Source: Leucoraja ocellata (taxonomy: Eukaryota). From it: a DNA stretch of 64,000 nt. The stretch covers positions 7,440,001 to 7,504,000 of the forward strand of contig JAWMAR010000070.1 in the NCBI GenBank assembly GCA_036785375.1, read 5' to 3'. The notes under the pieces were generated by a model. It ran no database searches. It was not told the origin of the DNA and saw only the letters and a program-made list of their open reading frames with translations. Position numbers and translations under genes: made by a program. Of this stretch, positions 12,152 to 25,987 are shown piece by piece. Each line of letters begins with the position of its first letter. Position 1 is the first letter of the stretch.

Positions 12152-12667
12152 TCACTTCACTGTCAGCTTGATATTTAGTCTACATTCCTTTTGGCCAGTG
12201 AACCAAGAGCAGGAATATATCCCAATATCAGTCTCGAGTAAACCTATGATGACCAACGAGGCATCCCGTGTCCCATCCACGTTTGTATTCATGAACCTCC
12301 AGCGGCCGACCCCCCCTGGATAAGTCGCTCCTTTCCCTTTAGTAAACACGCCCAGTATCCCGCTCCCTTTACTCCAGGTGATCATAAAATCCGCGGGTCC
12401 AGTCTTCCCTGTGGGTACTTTACAGGGTAGCGTAGCAGAACCACCCTTGCGTGCCGTCACATCCGTGAATTTCATCTTGTTCGCAGCTGGCTTAGCACCG
12501 CATTCTGGAGAACTTTGTTTTTTGCCTTGTCGAGGCTCCCGTGCGTTCCACCCGGGCAAGTTTGCTTCCTCTCCCCATTCTCTGGAGATCGGACCTGTTC
12601 CAGTTGCGGAGACTTGCCACACCATCTCCACAAGGACCATGAATCCTATCCATCTCTGCAGTCCCAT
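12152..12667 (-). CDS. Secreted single Ig-V-domain pro-protein, subfamily B (171 aa)
   Basis: ATG in aacATGG context just after the splice acceptor. Signal-like N-terminus, REPR|Q, and V-set motifs GGSATLPC, W, RDASL, DIGIYSC, KLTVK*. No TM segment. Confidence 0.85.
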   Translation of the reverse strand: MGLQRWIGFMVLVEMVWQVSATGTGPISREWGEEANLPGWNAREPRQGKKQSSPECGAKPAANKMKFTDVTARKGGSATLPCKVPTGKTGPADFMITWSKGSGILGVFTKGKGATYPGGVGRWRFMNTNVDGTRDASLVIIGLLETDIGIYSCSWFTGQKECRLNIKLTVK

Positions 12668-13282
12668 GTTCCTGTGGGTGAAACAATGGGTCACCTTATT
12701 GCAACTCAGTAGGATTCATGATGACATTCCCTGAAGCTGCTGCCACCACACTGGGCAATGTCACTGTGCAGCTTCTACAGCTCCCGCCTGGTTTAGTTTA
12801 AGTTGCTTTGACCTGTCGTGGACCAACAACATTGAAGTGGCAGCCAAGGAGGCACACCAATGCATCTACTTCCTCAGAGACAGAGGAAATACGACAAGTC
12901 TCCAATGTCTCTTAGAAACTTCTACAGATGCACCACAGAGAGCAGACTGTGGGGTTGCATCACAGCTTGGTTTGGGAACAGCTCTGAGCCCAAGACCACA
13001 AGATATTGCAGAGTTGTGGATGGAGCCCAGTCCATCACACAGACCACACTCCCCACCAGTGACTCCATCTACAACCAAAAAAATCAAAGTCTTGTCCCAC
13101 CCCGGGCATTCCTCCTTCTCCCTGGTCCTGTCTAGCAGAAGGTACAGAAGCTTGAAAGCGCGCACCACCAGACTCAGGAACAGCTTCTTCCCCTCTGCTA
13201 TCAGGCTTCTGAACTGGGGGAACAGCGAACAGAGACAATCCCACCCCCATCACTCACAGACACTTGAAGGATCCACAGGGTT

Positions 13283-13630
13283 GGTTACCAGCTCCGGAGT
13301 CTCCACACAGGGTGACGGGGTCGGTCTTGTTCTCATCTCCTGCCATCGCTCGCTCCTTTTATACCGACTCCCGGCTTCTCCTGCCCCTCATTGTCTGCCC
13401 TCACGTACATTCAACCAATCACTGCCTCCCACGGAGCATTGGCCGGAGTCAGCCGCGACCTCTCCACTCTCTGCCAAACGTGTCGTTGCATCAGCCGTTA
13501 ACGTTTAACAAGAACAACGTCATCCCAGCTGCCAGCGGCCAACCAGGCGCCCCACACATCCTGCTTGTGTCTCCACCACGTCTCGCTTTGGCCACCCATC
13601 GGACCAGATGTCCCAGCCACGCCACGTCAC
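13283..13630 (-). promoter_or_regulatory. Family promoter and exon 1 (for the 12152 copy)
   Basis: TATA 13357-13363 (rc), ERSE 13415-13433, UPRE-like TGACGTGG 13622-13629 (rc), donor near 13288. Confidence 0.7.
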
Positions 13631-13638
13631 CACCACAG

Positions 13639-14588
13639 ATTCAGATTCAGATTCAGATTCAATTTTAATTGTCATTGTCAGTGTACAGTACAGAGACAAC
13701 GAAATGCATTTAGCATCTCCCTTGAAGAGCGACATAGCAAACGATTTGAATTAAAAAAAAAAATAATAAGTGTCCGGGGGGGGGGGGGGGGGGGGGGTGA
13801 TTGGCAGTCACCGAGGTACGTTGTTTAGTAGAGTGACAGCGGCCGGAAAGAAGCTGTTCCTCGACCTGCTGGTTCGGCAACGGAGAGACCTGTAGCGCCT
13901 CCCGGATGGTAGGAGGGTAAACAGTCCATGGTTGGGGTGAGAGCAGTCTTTGGCGATGCTGAGCGCCCTCCGCAGACAGCGCTTGCTTTGGACAGACTCA
14001 ATGGAGGGGAGCGTGGAACCGGTGATGCGTTGGGCAATTTTCACCACCCTCTGCAATGTCTTCCGGTCGGAGACAGAGCAGTTGCCATACCATACTGTGA
14101 TGCAGTTGGTAAGGATGCTCTCGATGGTGCAGCGGTAGAAGTTCACCAGGATCTGAGGAGACAGATGGACCTTCTTCAGTCTCCTCAGGAAGAAGAGACG
14201 CTGATGAGCCTTCTTGATCAGAGTAGAGGTATTGTGGGTCCAAGAGAGGTCATCGGAGATGTTGACTCCCAGGAACCTGAAGCTAGAAACACGTTCCACC
14301 TCCGTCCCGTTAATGTGGATGGGGGTGTGCGTGCCGCCTCTGGACTTCCTGAAGTCTACAATGAGCTCCTTGGTCTTCTTGGAGTTAAGGGCCAGGTTGT
14401 TGTCAGCGCACCATGCTGCTAAGTGCTGGACCTCCTCCCTGTAGGCCAGCTCATCGTTGTTGCTGATGAGGCCAATCACCGTTGTATCATCTGCATACTT
14501 GATGATGGTGTTAGTACCATGTACAGGTGTGCAGTCATAGGTGAAGAGGGAGTAGAGGAGGGGGCTCAGCACACAGCCCCCTCAGCCC
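13639..14588 (-). mobile_element. 5'-truncated Rex1/Babar-type LINE
   Basis: ORF 13808-14572 (LSPLLYSLFTYDC, KYADDTT, FYRCTIESIL), (gaatct)n tail, TSD ccacag at 13633 and 14589. The empty site is seen near 30410. Confidence 0.85.
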
Positions 14589-17244
14589 CCACAGCCCTTG
14601 GCACCTGCGCTGGTTCCACAGTTTATACTCAATCTGAGCCGGCAGCTGGGATGGCGTTGGATCAATTCTTCCTTCCCAACAACCATCAGGCTGTTGAACA
14701 CGACACGACACTGAGGTCAACAATGAACATCTATGGAACATCTTTGGTTGCACTAAGGATGTTGGCTTTTCACACTAGTATTGTGCTCTCTCATTTATTG
14801 AATTCTCTTTGAAAATTGAGGGGGGATCTTATAGAAACTTACAAAATTTGTAAGGGGTTGGACAGGCTAGATGCAGGAAGATCGTTGGGGAAGTCCAGGA
14901 CAAGGGGTCACAGTTTATGGATAAGGGGGAAATCCTTTAGGACCGAGATGAGAAAAAGTTTTTTCACACAGAGAGTGGTGGATCTCTGGAATTCTCTGCC
15001 ACAGAAGGTAGTTGAGGCCACAGTTCATTGGCTATATTTAAGAGGGAGTTGGATGTGACCCTTGTGGCTAAAGAGATCAGGGGGTATGGAGAGAAGGCAG
15101 GTACGGGATACTGAGTTGGATGATCAGCCATGATCATGTTGAATGATGGTGCAGGCTCGAAGGGCCGAATGGCCTACTCCTGCACCTATTGTCTATGTTT
15201 CTATGAAAGCTAGGGCATAGGAAATAGGTAACGTTTCGGGCCGAACCCCTTCGGGATTCGGCCCGAAACGTTGCCTATTTCCTTCGCTCCATAGCTACTG
15301 CTGCACTACTGAGTTGGATGATCAGCCATGATCATATTGAATGATGGTGCAGGCTCGAAGGGCCGAATGGCCTCTACTCCTGCACCTATTTTCTATGTTT
15401 CCATGTTTGTTGCTTGTTACATATTTTGTTGCTTTATTGCTTTTAGTGGTTTATTGCTTAAAAGGCTCCTCAACAAAGGACACTTTCCAGTCATGGGTTT
15501 CCTTCCTGTTCCCCAGGCTCAGTGACTGATGACCAACAACTGTGGAGGAGCCATGGTGTTGATGAAGCCGAATTTTAGTTAAAAATATAAGAAGATATTA
15601 AATTGGCTTCTGGGCTAGCTTACAGCTTATATTTAGTGTCAAATTAAACTTTCCTCAGGTTGCGGGGTGTGTGAGATAACATTGTCTCCCAAGTGAAGGA
15701 GCTAGAGAGATATCTTTGAAAGTAAGATGCCATAAACCAAATGACCAATGTTTATGGGGGAGGAGGCAATAAAGGAAGAGAGAAATAGACAGTCACATCT
15801 TTGTAAACAAATGACCTATGTTTATGAGGGACCAAATGACAGAGGAAGCAGCGAAAAGAGCTAGGGTGGTCTATTTGGAGATAAGGCAAATGGCCAATGT
15901 TTTTAGTATATCTTGTACCATGTATAAAAAAAGGTTTGATGTGATGCATTCTGTGGAAACCTTTTCCAGTACCTCTGACCATGACTAATGTCTGTGGAAT
16001 GTGATAAGGGGACAAAAAAACCCTATTTAAAGCAATGTAATTCTGTTGTTCAGAGAAGGTGGCTGAGCACAGTCAAGTGTCTGTGTTGGTCACTTGACTG
16101 GAGTTCTCGCTCCCTTCCATCGGCTGATGTTAAGTAAAGTTTTGAACTGGTCTACCAAACAGTTTGTGTGGTGTCTGTTTATTAAGAAGCGAACCTGGTT
16201 TAGTAGTTAAGATAAGTAACTTTTTCATTGGCGTAGTTATGCAGGCCTCGCTGGGACCACATCAACGGCTGACTGTGCAAGAGGTTGCGGAGGTTGCCGG
16301 GATTGGAAGGGAGATAACTGAGCTCTATCGGCCCCCTTGTACGACCGACTCCCTAGAAACTCCCGGGAACGTCTGTGATCCTTCATCAGAGATTGAATTG
16401 GTTCCCTGCCGAGGGTCTTAGCAACAGACAAAGGTCAGACCAGTTGGGCTTTATATGTTTTTTTTAAGAGGGGATTGTGTATGTATTTTTAAGGCAGCAT
16501 TGTGCATGTATTTTTAAGAAAGGTCTTATGTATATTGTTAAGAAGGACGTGAGTGGTTCCTCTCTCTCTCTCTCTCTGTCTATCTCTCTTTGTTTTTTTC
16601 TCTCTCTACTAAGGGCTCATCAGCGTTGTTGAGATATCCGTGATTTGTCGGGTTGAGATACGGGGGTTGAGGTGTGTGTCTGGCTTATTGAGACATCCGA
16701 AGAGTTGTCGGGTTGAGAAATAAGTGACATTGTATATTACAGTATTAAGAAGTCTACCAAGTTGAAAAAAACTGGGGTCTCGGTTAGCGGGTCTGCTTCA
16801 TTGAGACACTTGGGTCGTATATTAAAGAGTTAAAAAAGTCAGCCAAATTGAGAAACTGGGGTCTCATTTAGTGGGTCGGCCTGGTTGATATATTTGGAAC
16901 GATTCGGAATTAAGAAGTCTGTTTTCTCTCTCTCTCTTTCTATCTATCTATGGGGAATGCTATTGATACCGGTCCTATATATGTGTTATTTGAATCCTAT
17001 GTATAATAAGAAATTTAGAATGTTAAGTTACAAGTTGACCAAATGGTTAGGGGATGAAGCCTGGCCAGTAGGGGGCACATGGAATGTTGAGACAATTAAA
17101 TAAGCAGAGGTGTTGATATGGGAAAGGAAGACAGGAAAGAAATGGAAGAAAGGAATTAAAACATGGAAATCAGGAACAGAGGAGAAGCATGAGGAGAGTA
17201 GAGTTCGAAGTTGGATGGATACTACATGTAAGAAGGGGATAGAG

Positions 17245-18277
17245 TAGGTATGTTACAAAACTTACCTGAATCGTCAATGAGAATCTGCCATCAGGCCGTG
17301 TGCGTGATTTTGGCGCTGTTTAGAGGAGACAGGTTTAAAACGAGATTTTTACTAGGCTGTTGCAATCGAAAATGTTCAGCCTAGTAAATCATTAACGGAG
17401 AATCGCTGGGGGACCCCGTCGCAAAGGGTGTTATTGGTTTTTATGGCCTTGTATGGTGGTTGTAGTAGTTTGGAGGTCACTCTCTAGATCCGCGACCTCT
17501 CGCAGGCCCAGGGTTTTATAAAGCAAACAATTAAAGGTATGTACCTTATTTTTACATTAAAAGGGGCTTCTTAAGAACCTTAAAGTTTTCTATAGCGAGT
17601 AGCTCATTTTGGGCTTTTTATATCCCGCAGTATTTTTCTGGGCATTTGAGGGCACAAATCCAGCGCAATGTGAACGTTCTAAACCAGCGCATTCACAGGA
17701 ACCCACTAGAAAGCAGATTTAAAATAGACTTTAATTTACAGCAATTGAACACTAAATTCCTTCCATTTGGCCTATAAATTGATGTAAATGAGATTTAAAA
17801 ATCATGTTTTATTGTGAATTATTTGTGACTATTATTTGGACACTTAGGCTATTTAAAAATGTTAATCATTTATTAAGAAATGGATAGATGTTTGGATCTA
17901 GTAATTGAAGTTTGAAATTAGCTACAATTGGGTAACTAACTAATTATATGCTTTAATTTCAGGTCATCCAAGTAAGATTATTTTATATTTGTTTCAGAAT
18001 GCTTCAATCTATGATAACTGAAAATTTCATTCAGTTCTCTTAATTTTTAAGAAGGTTATGGGCTTTTGACTGTCGATGATCACAGTTTTTTTGTTATGTC
18101 CATAGAAAATCAATAGGGAACAAGATGCTAATTCCCGAGTATGAAAATGGCCATAATTCTTTTATTACTTGAGATATGAAAGTGAATTAGGTGTTAAATT
18201 AAACATTGTTATGCTTTATCTGATGGGATAAATTGCAGACTTGATTTTTTAAATCTCACAATTTTGTAACATTGCTA
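17245..18277. mobile_element. Non-autonomous DNA transposon nested in the ERV gag region
   Basis: 16-bp TIRs TAGGTATGTTACAAAA / TAGCAATGTTACAAAA (2 mismatches), flanked by a 7-bp direct repeat GATAGAG. Confidence 0.75.
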
Positions 18278-20109
18278 GATAGAGTTAAGAAACAAGGATA
18301 GCACTCGGAAAGGATGGAAATTAGTGCAACTAGAATGCCAGTGGGCAGAGGAACAAGAGAATAGAATTAAAAGACAGACTGGAGGTGAGAAACAAGTGAT
18401 GGTTCGTAAAAAATAAACCCAGTACTGGTAAATCCTCTGGAGGAGACTTCATGTCTGGCACGACAACCCTATTTGGTAATGAAGATGAGGAGTTAGATAA
18501 TCTTGAGAGATGTCTACCAGTAGCAATGGCATCTTTACCTGGGACAGTTCCGTCAGTAACATCCCTATAACTTGAAGTTCTGACATTACAAAGCTCCCCA
18601 GGATTGGGAGCACGGGAATCCCTTTCTGTGTGTAACTTGTTTAAGGCATTGATGCTACCAGAACAGCTGGTCATTATTAAATGTACTGCATACACTGGTG
18701 CTGGGGACCCTATAGCAAAAGGCAATGAGTTGCCGATAGTGTATCCAAACAGGCAGCCTGTACATCCAAATGCATAGTGACAGCAGCTAAACAGATGCTA
18801 GCAAATAGAACGGTCCTGCCAAACATGAGGGAGGTATGTACATTACAGAGGGACGCCTCTTATATATAAAATAACTATGGAAACAAGAGGGCTGTGCCAT
18901 TAATTCAGCACACCCCGCTTGGACAAGTTGGTGTATACGATACATTTTTACCCGTCTTACCCATGCTGGTAAGGAGGGAATGATAGGATAACAAAGGAAA
19001 TGTGGTGGCACCCGAAAATTTGATAAGAGGCACTGAAGCAGGCCTCTGAATGTAAAATTTGCCAATGAAATAATCCAGGCAAACCAATTAGGATACCCTC
19101 AGGGGTGACGCCAATGCCATCATGATCGTTTGAATGCATACAGATTGATTTTATTGAGATGCCAAGGGCCCAGTGTTATAAATATTGCGTATTGATTTTA
19201 GATTTATTTAGTAGGTGGAGTGAAGCTCTACCAACCACCAATAATAAGGAAAATGTGCACATTTTAATATCTGACAGAAATTCACTGTACACACCACCCA
19301 CTGGTATCTGGGATGGTGGAAAGAGTCAATGGGGATTGCAAAACAAAATTACCCCGGAGGTAAATCCTTTTCCTGACAAGCAACTATGTTATAAAAATTG
19401 GGGATGAAGGAAAATTCAATGGAGAAATGAGGATAGAATAGGGAGACTGAATAGTCAAGGGCAGTCTGACTAATCATGATCTGGATCAATGTCCAATTAG
19501 GGTTAGGTGACCAGGATTTTGGTCAACAGAAGTCTTGTCAGAAAAAGGGAAAGTAAATTACAAAGAGATGTCTTTGAAGATGAAATATTATATACTGCTG
19601 GTAAAACAATGTTTTTGTATATGTACTGCTTGTAAAACAATGTTTTTTGTATGTGGAATGTGTGAAATTCGAAGCAATGAGCAAAGTTGTGTGTCGCTTT
19701 AAATAGTTTGTCCTTTAAAATGCAAATAGACAAAGTTTATGGTGTGCTCAGTTAAAGAAACAGGCATGAATGGGGGGCGGAGCTATACTCGATGATAAAA
19801 TGTGTTGGTTGATTATAAATCTTTTGAACCAAGTTTAAAAAAAAAGACTCATCCCGATTAAAGTGTTAAATGAGATTGGAAATGTCAAAATTACAGAGAA
19901 AAGAAAATGTATTATTGATTACTGATTCTGAATGAGTTTTTTTGGGAAAGATTGTTTTGATATGATAACAGAGGTTGTCTTTTAAAATGTAAATGAAGCA
20001 AGATTACTGTTTTCAAGCAAACAAAAAGATGTTGCTGTAGCATGTGCTGTGTGAGTGAAATGAAGGTGTGAATGTGTGAAGATAAAGCTTTAGATGTAAA
20101 AGGGGCAAA

Positions 20110-22638
20110 AACGGACCACAATATGGTCGAATTCCATATTCAAATAGAAGGGGAGCAGGTTGAAACTCAGGCTAGGGTGCTTAGTCTAAATAAGGGGGAT
20201 TATGAAGGTATGAGGACTGAGCTGATCAAAGTTGACTGGGATAGCAGACTCAAGAATAAGACGGTACATGAGCAGTGGTGTACGTTTAAGGGTATACTGT
20301 ATAATCTTCAAGAAAAATTTATTCCTATGAAGAAAAAAAGGGGTAAGGGTAAGAACAGTCAGCCATGGCTCAGTAAAACTATAAAGGATAGTATTCGGCT
20401 GAAAGCAAGGGCATATAAGGTAGCCAGAGATAGTGGGAGGGTAGAGGATTGGGAAGCATTTAAAGGTCAGCAAAAAATAACTAAGAGATTAATTAAGACG
20501 GGGAAAATAGATTATGAAAGGAATTTAGCGAACAACATAAAAACTAATAGTAAGAGTTTTTATAGCTATATAAAAAGAAAAAGGGTGGCTAAGGTGAACG
20601 TTGGTCCATTGGAGGGTGAGACTGGAGAGTTGTTGGTGGGGAACATGGAAATGGCAAAGGCATTAAACGAGTATTTTGTATCAGTCTTCACCATAGAAGA
20701 CACAAAAAATATTCCAACGCTGGATAAACAGGGGGCGGTAGGAATGGAGGAGCTAAATACTATTAAGATCACCAAGGAGGTGGTATTAGGGAAATTAATG
20801 AGACTGAAGGAGGATAAATCCCCTGGGCCTGATGGATTACATCCAAGGGTCTTGAGGGAGATAGCGGTGGGGATTGTGGATGCATTGGTGATAATTTTCC
20901 AAAACTCCCTGGAGGCAGGAACGGTCCCAGTGGATTGGAAAATGGCCAATGTAACACCTATATTTAAAAAAGGAAGTAAACAGAAGGCGGGTAACTATAG
21001 ACCGGTTAGTCTAACATCGGTGGTGGGTAAAATGTTAGAGACAATTATTAAAGAAACACTAACGGGGCACTTGGATAAACATGACTTCATCGGACAGAAC
21101 CAGCATGGTTTTGTGAAGGGGAAGTCCTGTTTAACGAATCTGCTCGAATTCTTTGAGGAAGTAACAACCCGGGTGGATAAAGGGGAACCGGTGGATGTGG
21201 TATACTTGGACTTCCAAAAGGCTTTTGACAAGGTGCCACATAAGAGACTATTGCTAAAAATAAAAAATTATGGGATTGGGGGTAATATATTAGCATGGGT
21301 AGAGGATTGGCTAACAAATAGGAAGCAGAGAGTGGGGATAAATGGTTCATACTCGGGATGGCAACCGGTAACTAGCGGGGTTCCGCAGGGGTCGGTGCTG
21401 GGACCCCAGTTGTTCACAATTTATATAAATGATTTGGAGGAGGGAACCAAGTGTAATATATCAAAATTTGCGGACGATACAAAAATGGGAGGAAAAGTAG
21501 GGGATGAGGAGGATAGGAAGAGTCTGCAAAAGGATATAGATAAGCTAGGTGAGTGGGCAACAACTTGGCAGATGAAATTTAATACTAATAAATGTGAAGT
21601 CATTCACTTTGGGAAAAAAAATGATAGGGCAAGTTATTTTCTAAATGAGGAGGAGCTGCGTTGTAATGCAACGCAAAGGGATCTAGGGGTATTAGTACAT
21701 GAATCACTGAAAGTTAGTATGCAGGTGCAGCAAGCAATCAGGAAGGCCAATGGAGTTTTGGCCTTTATTGCTAGGGGGATTGAGTATAAAAACACGGAGG
21801 TCTTGCTGCAGCTGTACACAGTATTAGTGAGACCACATTTGGAATACTGTGTACAGTTCTGGGGTCCATACTTAAGAAAGGATGTACTAGCCCTGGAGGC
21901 AGTGCAGCGAAGGTTTACAAGATTAATTCCTGCAATGAGGGGATTGACATATGAGGAAAGGTTAAGTAGGCTGGAACTCTACTCTTTGGAGTTTAGAAGA
22001 ATGAGAGGCGATCTCATTGAAACATATAAGATCGTGAGGGGCCTTGATCGGGTGGATGCACCGAGGATGTTCCCAATGATCGGGGAAACTAGAACTAGGG
22101 GACATAGTTGCAGAATAAGAGGGGGCTCTTTTAAAACTGAGATGAGGAAGAACTTCTTCACCCAGAGGGTGGTTAATTTATGGAATTCACTGCCCCAGGG
22201 AGCAGTGGAAGCAGAAACTTTAAATATATTTAAGACAAAAATAGATGTTTTTTTAGCTGCCAAGGGGATAAGGGGCTACGGGGAGAGGGCAGGGATATGG
22301 ACCTAGGTATGGTTAGTATAGTAAGACCTGAGTGATCTCCTGGACAAGTGTCGATCGCCTGGATTGGGGTCGGAGAGGAATTTCCCGGATTTTTTTCCCG
22401 AATTGGACCTGGGTTTTTATCCGTTTTTTTGCCTCCCCCAGGAGATCACGAGGTTCTTGGGGTGGAGAGGGGTGATAGCGGTATAAGGGGGAGGGTAGTG
22501 TCTTGTGTTCTGTGTCTTGTGTCTACTGTTTGTGGGTAAGTGTGTCTGTTTAGTGTTCAGCCATGAGCGAATGGCGGTGCGGGCTCGACGGACCTGGTGG
22601 TCTACTCTCGCACCTACTTTCTATGTTTCTATGTTTCT
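20110..22638 (+). mobile_element. Young 5'-truncated CR1-type LINE with uninterrupted ORF2 (RT), nested in the ERV
   Basis: 744-aa open frame 20072-22306 with SPGPDG, YRPVSL, LDFQKAFDKV, GVPQGSVLGP, FADDTK. Tail (tttctatg)n. Confidence 0.92.
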
Positions 22639-25600
22639 AAGGTAGATGAAAAATTGTTTTATGACTTAAAAAAGGGGGTTTGAGGGAACTCACAATGAGG
22701 GATGAAAGGTGAGAAGATAAAGTAGATTGGGGAAGAGAACATATTTGGAGAATTGAATATTTAGGTGGGGAGAGCCTCTTTGGATATAATCGGATTAAAG
22801 GATAAATTCACAGGGAAGTGTTAAGAAGGGACTGGAGATACTGGAGGATCAAAGGGGGACAAAAGTGCTGGAGAAACAGCTGGTGAACAAGATTCACAAC
22901 TTTTTATTGATACAGGAAAAGCTGCTCTGTCCACCCCCTGGAGAGTGGGGGAAAGCCACCTACAGGCCCTGGGCAATTAACTAATTATGTATGGTCGGCA
23001 ATTAACCCATGTCTTGCCAGATCTACATTCCCAGGTTGGAGGAGTTTTTGCTGGAAACCAGTGACCAAGGCCATAAAGGCTATACGATGGGGGTGCTGGG
23101 ACAAGAAGAAATTGAGACTGTTGAAAGAAACAACCAAGTGTTGCTAACAACATGAACTGCTGTAAAGATGAAAGATCATCGTCGCTGGATACATTTGATT
23201 GACTGTGAACAGTTTGTGGAAACAAGGACGATGGGCTATTGATGCTCCCTTTATTCTGGGGTGGCCCAGCCCACATGGACTGAACTTTCTTCAGAATGGC
23301 AAACTTGCAGACTAACCTACATTTAAAGGATGGTACACACCTCCTTTTAAACAAGATTGAAGTCAAACATGACAAGCGCAGCAAAGATACCCTGACTACG
23401 GACAGTAAGAGGTCTGCAAAGGCCAGTTAAATCTACCTGTTTTTGCCACAACCAAGGCACTGGTGTATATTAAGGAAACAGTATATTTGTGACAGGGCAT
23501 TGTTATGTTGCAAATGCAGTGCCACACAAGAGAAGCATGAACCAGTTACACCAGCACACAGGGAATTCCAAATGAAGCCGAATAAAGGCTGAGCAATTTT
23601 TATGAACCTTTTCCTGTCCTATGGTAGTATCTTAGTGTCACATCCGGGGGAGGTTGGTGGCCATTTAAAATGTTTGGAGGGACTTGTGAAACGATTGTCC
23701 ACTATGAATTGATTGTGCTACTAGTGTACTATTAATTTGTCTGATGAGATGCTTATGGTCTTTCGTATGTACTCAGGAAGGACTGCAGTTGTTATCAAAA
23801 TTTTGATAAAAGGATGGAATGATGAAGCCGAATTTTAGTTAAAAATATAAGAAGATATTAAATTGGCTTCTGGGCTAGCTTACAGCTTATATTTAGTGTC
23901 AAATTAAACTTTCCTCAGGTTGCGGGGTGTGTGAGATAACATTGTCTCCCAAGTGAAGGAGCTAGAGAGATATCTTTGAAAGTAAGATGCCATAAACCAA
24001 ATGACCAATGTTTATGGGGGAGGAGGCAATAAAGGAAGAGAGAAATAGACAGTCACATCTTTGTAAACAAATGACCTATGTTTATGAGGGACCAAATGAC
24101 AGAGGAAGCAGCGAAAAGAGCTAGGGTGGTCTATTTGGAGATAAGGCAAATGGCCAATGTTTTTAGTATATCTTGTACCATGTTAAAAAAAGGTTTGATG
24201 TGATGCATTCTGTGGAAACCTTTTCCAGTACCTCTGACCATGACTAATGTCTGTGGAATGTGATAAGGGGACAAAAAAACCCTATTTAAGGCAATGTAAT
24301 TCTGTTGTTAAGGGGAGGTGGCTGAGGACAGTCAAGTGTCTGTGTTGGTCACTTGACTGGAGTTCTCCCTCCCTTCCATCGGCCGATGTTAAGTAAAGTT
24401 TTGAACTGGTCTACCAAACAGTTTGTGTGGTGTCTGTTTATTAAGAAGCGAACCTGGTTTAGTAGTTAAGATAAGTAGCTTTTTCAGTGTGGTCTATAGA
24501 TATTGATGACTTCAGTGGAACAAGATGTAAAGAAGGTGTTTATCCCTCGATCAGCGCATTGAAATCCCTCCTCAACATTAACAGTTCGGAACAATTATTA
24601 TTTGCATCCCAAGTCAAACTGAACTGCCCTCATTTGTGTTTAAGAAGGAACTGCAGATGCTGGAAAATCGAAGGTAGACAAAAGTGCTGGAGAAACTCAG
24701 CGGGTGCAGCAACATCTATGGAGCAAAGGAAATAGGCAACGTTTTAGGACGAAACCCTTCCGGGTTTGGCCCGAAACGTTGCCTATTTCCAGAAGGGTTT
24801 TGGGACAAAATGTTGCCTATTTCCTTTGCTCTATAGATGCTGCTGCACCCGCTGAGTTTCTCCAGCATTTTTGTCTTCTCTTACTTGTTCCAATCCAGAA
24901 TATTTTAACAGGTCTGAGCAGCAAAGATGTGCCATGGAGTTGCCTTTAGCTGAGTTGAGTCGAGTTGACTTGAGTTTAGTTCAGATTTGTTTAGATTTAT
25001 ACAATGGTATATGGACACACTGATCTGTTCTGTATTTGTGCCTACTATGTTCTGTTGTGCTGAAGCAAAGCAAGAATTTCATTGTCCTATCAGGGACACA
25101 TGACAATAATCTCTCTTGAACACTTGAACTTGAGTGATCACCCGTAAACTAGTTCTAACCTACACACAAGGGACAATTTACTGAAGCCAATTAACCTACA
25201 AACCCGCACGTCTTTGACATCTGTGAGGAAACTGTAGCACCTGGGAGAAACCCTCACGGTCATAGGGAAAAAGTACAACCACCGTACAGACAGTACCTAC
25301 AGTCAGCATTGAACCCGGGTCACTAGCGCTGTACGGCAGCAACTCTACTGCTGTATCACTGAGCCTCCCTTACATTGGCCTCTTGCACAGTTGCAGCAGC
25401 TGATTAGAGTCCAGTTTTGACCCTTGTTGGGATTGTGCAGAAACATAGAAAATTGGTGCAGGAGGAGGCCATTCGGCCCCTCGATCCAGCAGCGCCATTC
25501 AATATGATCATGGCTGAACATCCTAAATCACTACCACTTTCCTGCTTTCTCCCCATATCCCTTGATTCCGTTAGCACTAAGAGCTTAATCTAACTCTCTC

Positions 25601-25987
25601 TTGAAAACATCCAGTGAATTGGCCTCCACTGCCTTCTGTGGCAGAGAATTCCACAGATTCACAATTCTCTGGGTGAAAATGTTTTTTTCATCTCAGTCCT
25701 AAATGGCCGACACCTTATTCTTAAACTGTGTGACCACTGGTTCTGGACTCCCCCAACATCGGGAATATTTTTCCTGCACCTATCTAGTCTGTCCGATCCC
25801 TTAAGAATTTTATATGTTTTTATAAATATGTTCCAGTCTCATCCTAAATTCCAGTGAATACAAGCACAGTCGATCCATTCTTTCGTCATATGTCAGGGGT
25901 GGAAGATTGCAACCTTCACGAGGTCCACCCTGTTTCGACTAATGCAATCAATTCGACGTGCACAAACGGAAGATCAAATAGAACAAA

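Larger units (their letters stand above)
15560..24486 (+). mobile_element. Endogenous retrovirus (class I, gamma/epsilon-like), decayed internal region
   Basis: TG...CA LTRs 15560-16227 and 23820-24486, 4-bp TSD GTGT, PBS TGGCGTAGTnnGCAGG (tRNA-Ser-like), PPT aaaaggatggaa. RNase H remnant IIKCTAYT..GNE; integrase remnant IQIDFIEMP..DLFSRWSEALPT. Confidence 0.9.

Noticed and set aside
12152-12667. Assignment to IgNAR, TCR, CD8, pIgR/CD300, NITR or MDIR
   Set aside because: No split leader, J motif, TM or constant exon is evident, and the propeptide is unlike those families. No gene symbol is justified without a search.
24640-24875. Possible hammerhead ribozyme in the palindromic Penelope-like repeats
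   Set aside because: The GAAAC half is present, but I could not find an intact CTGAnGA core at the palindrome centres.
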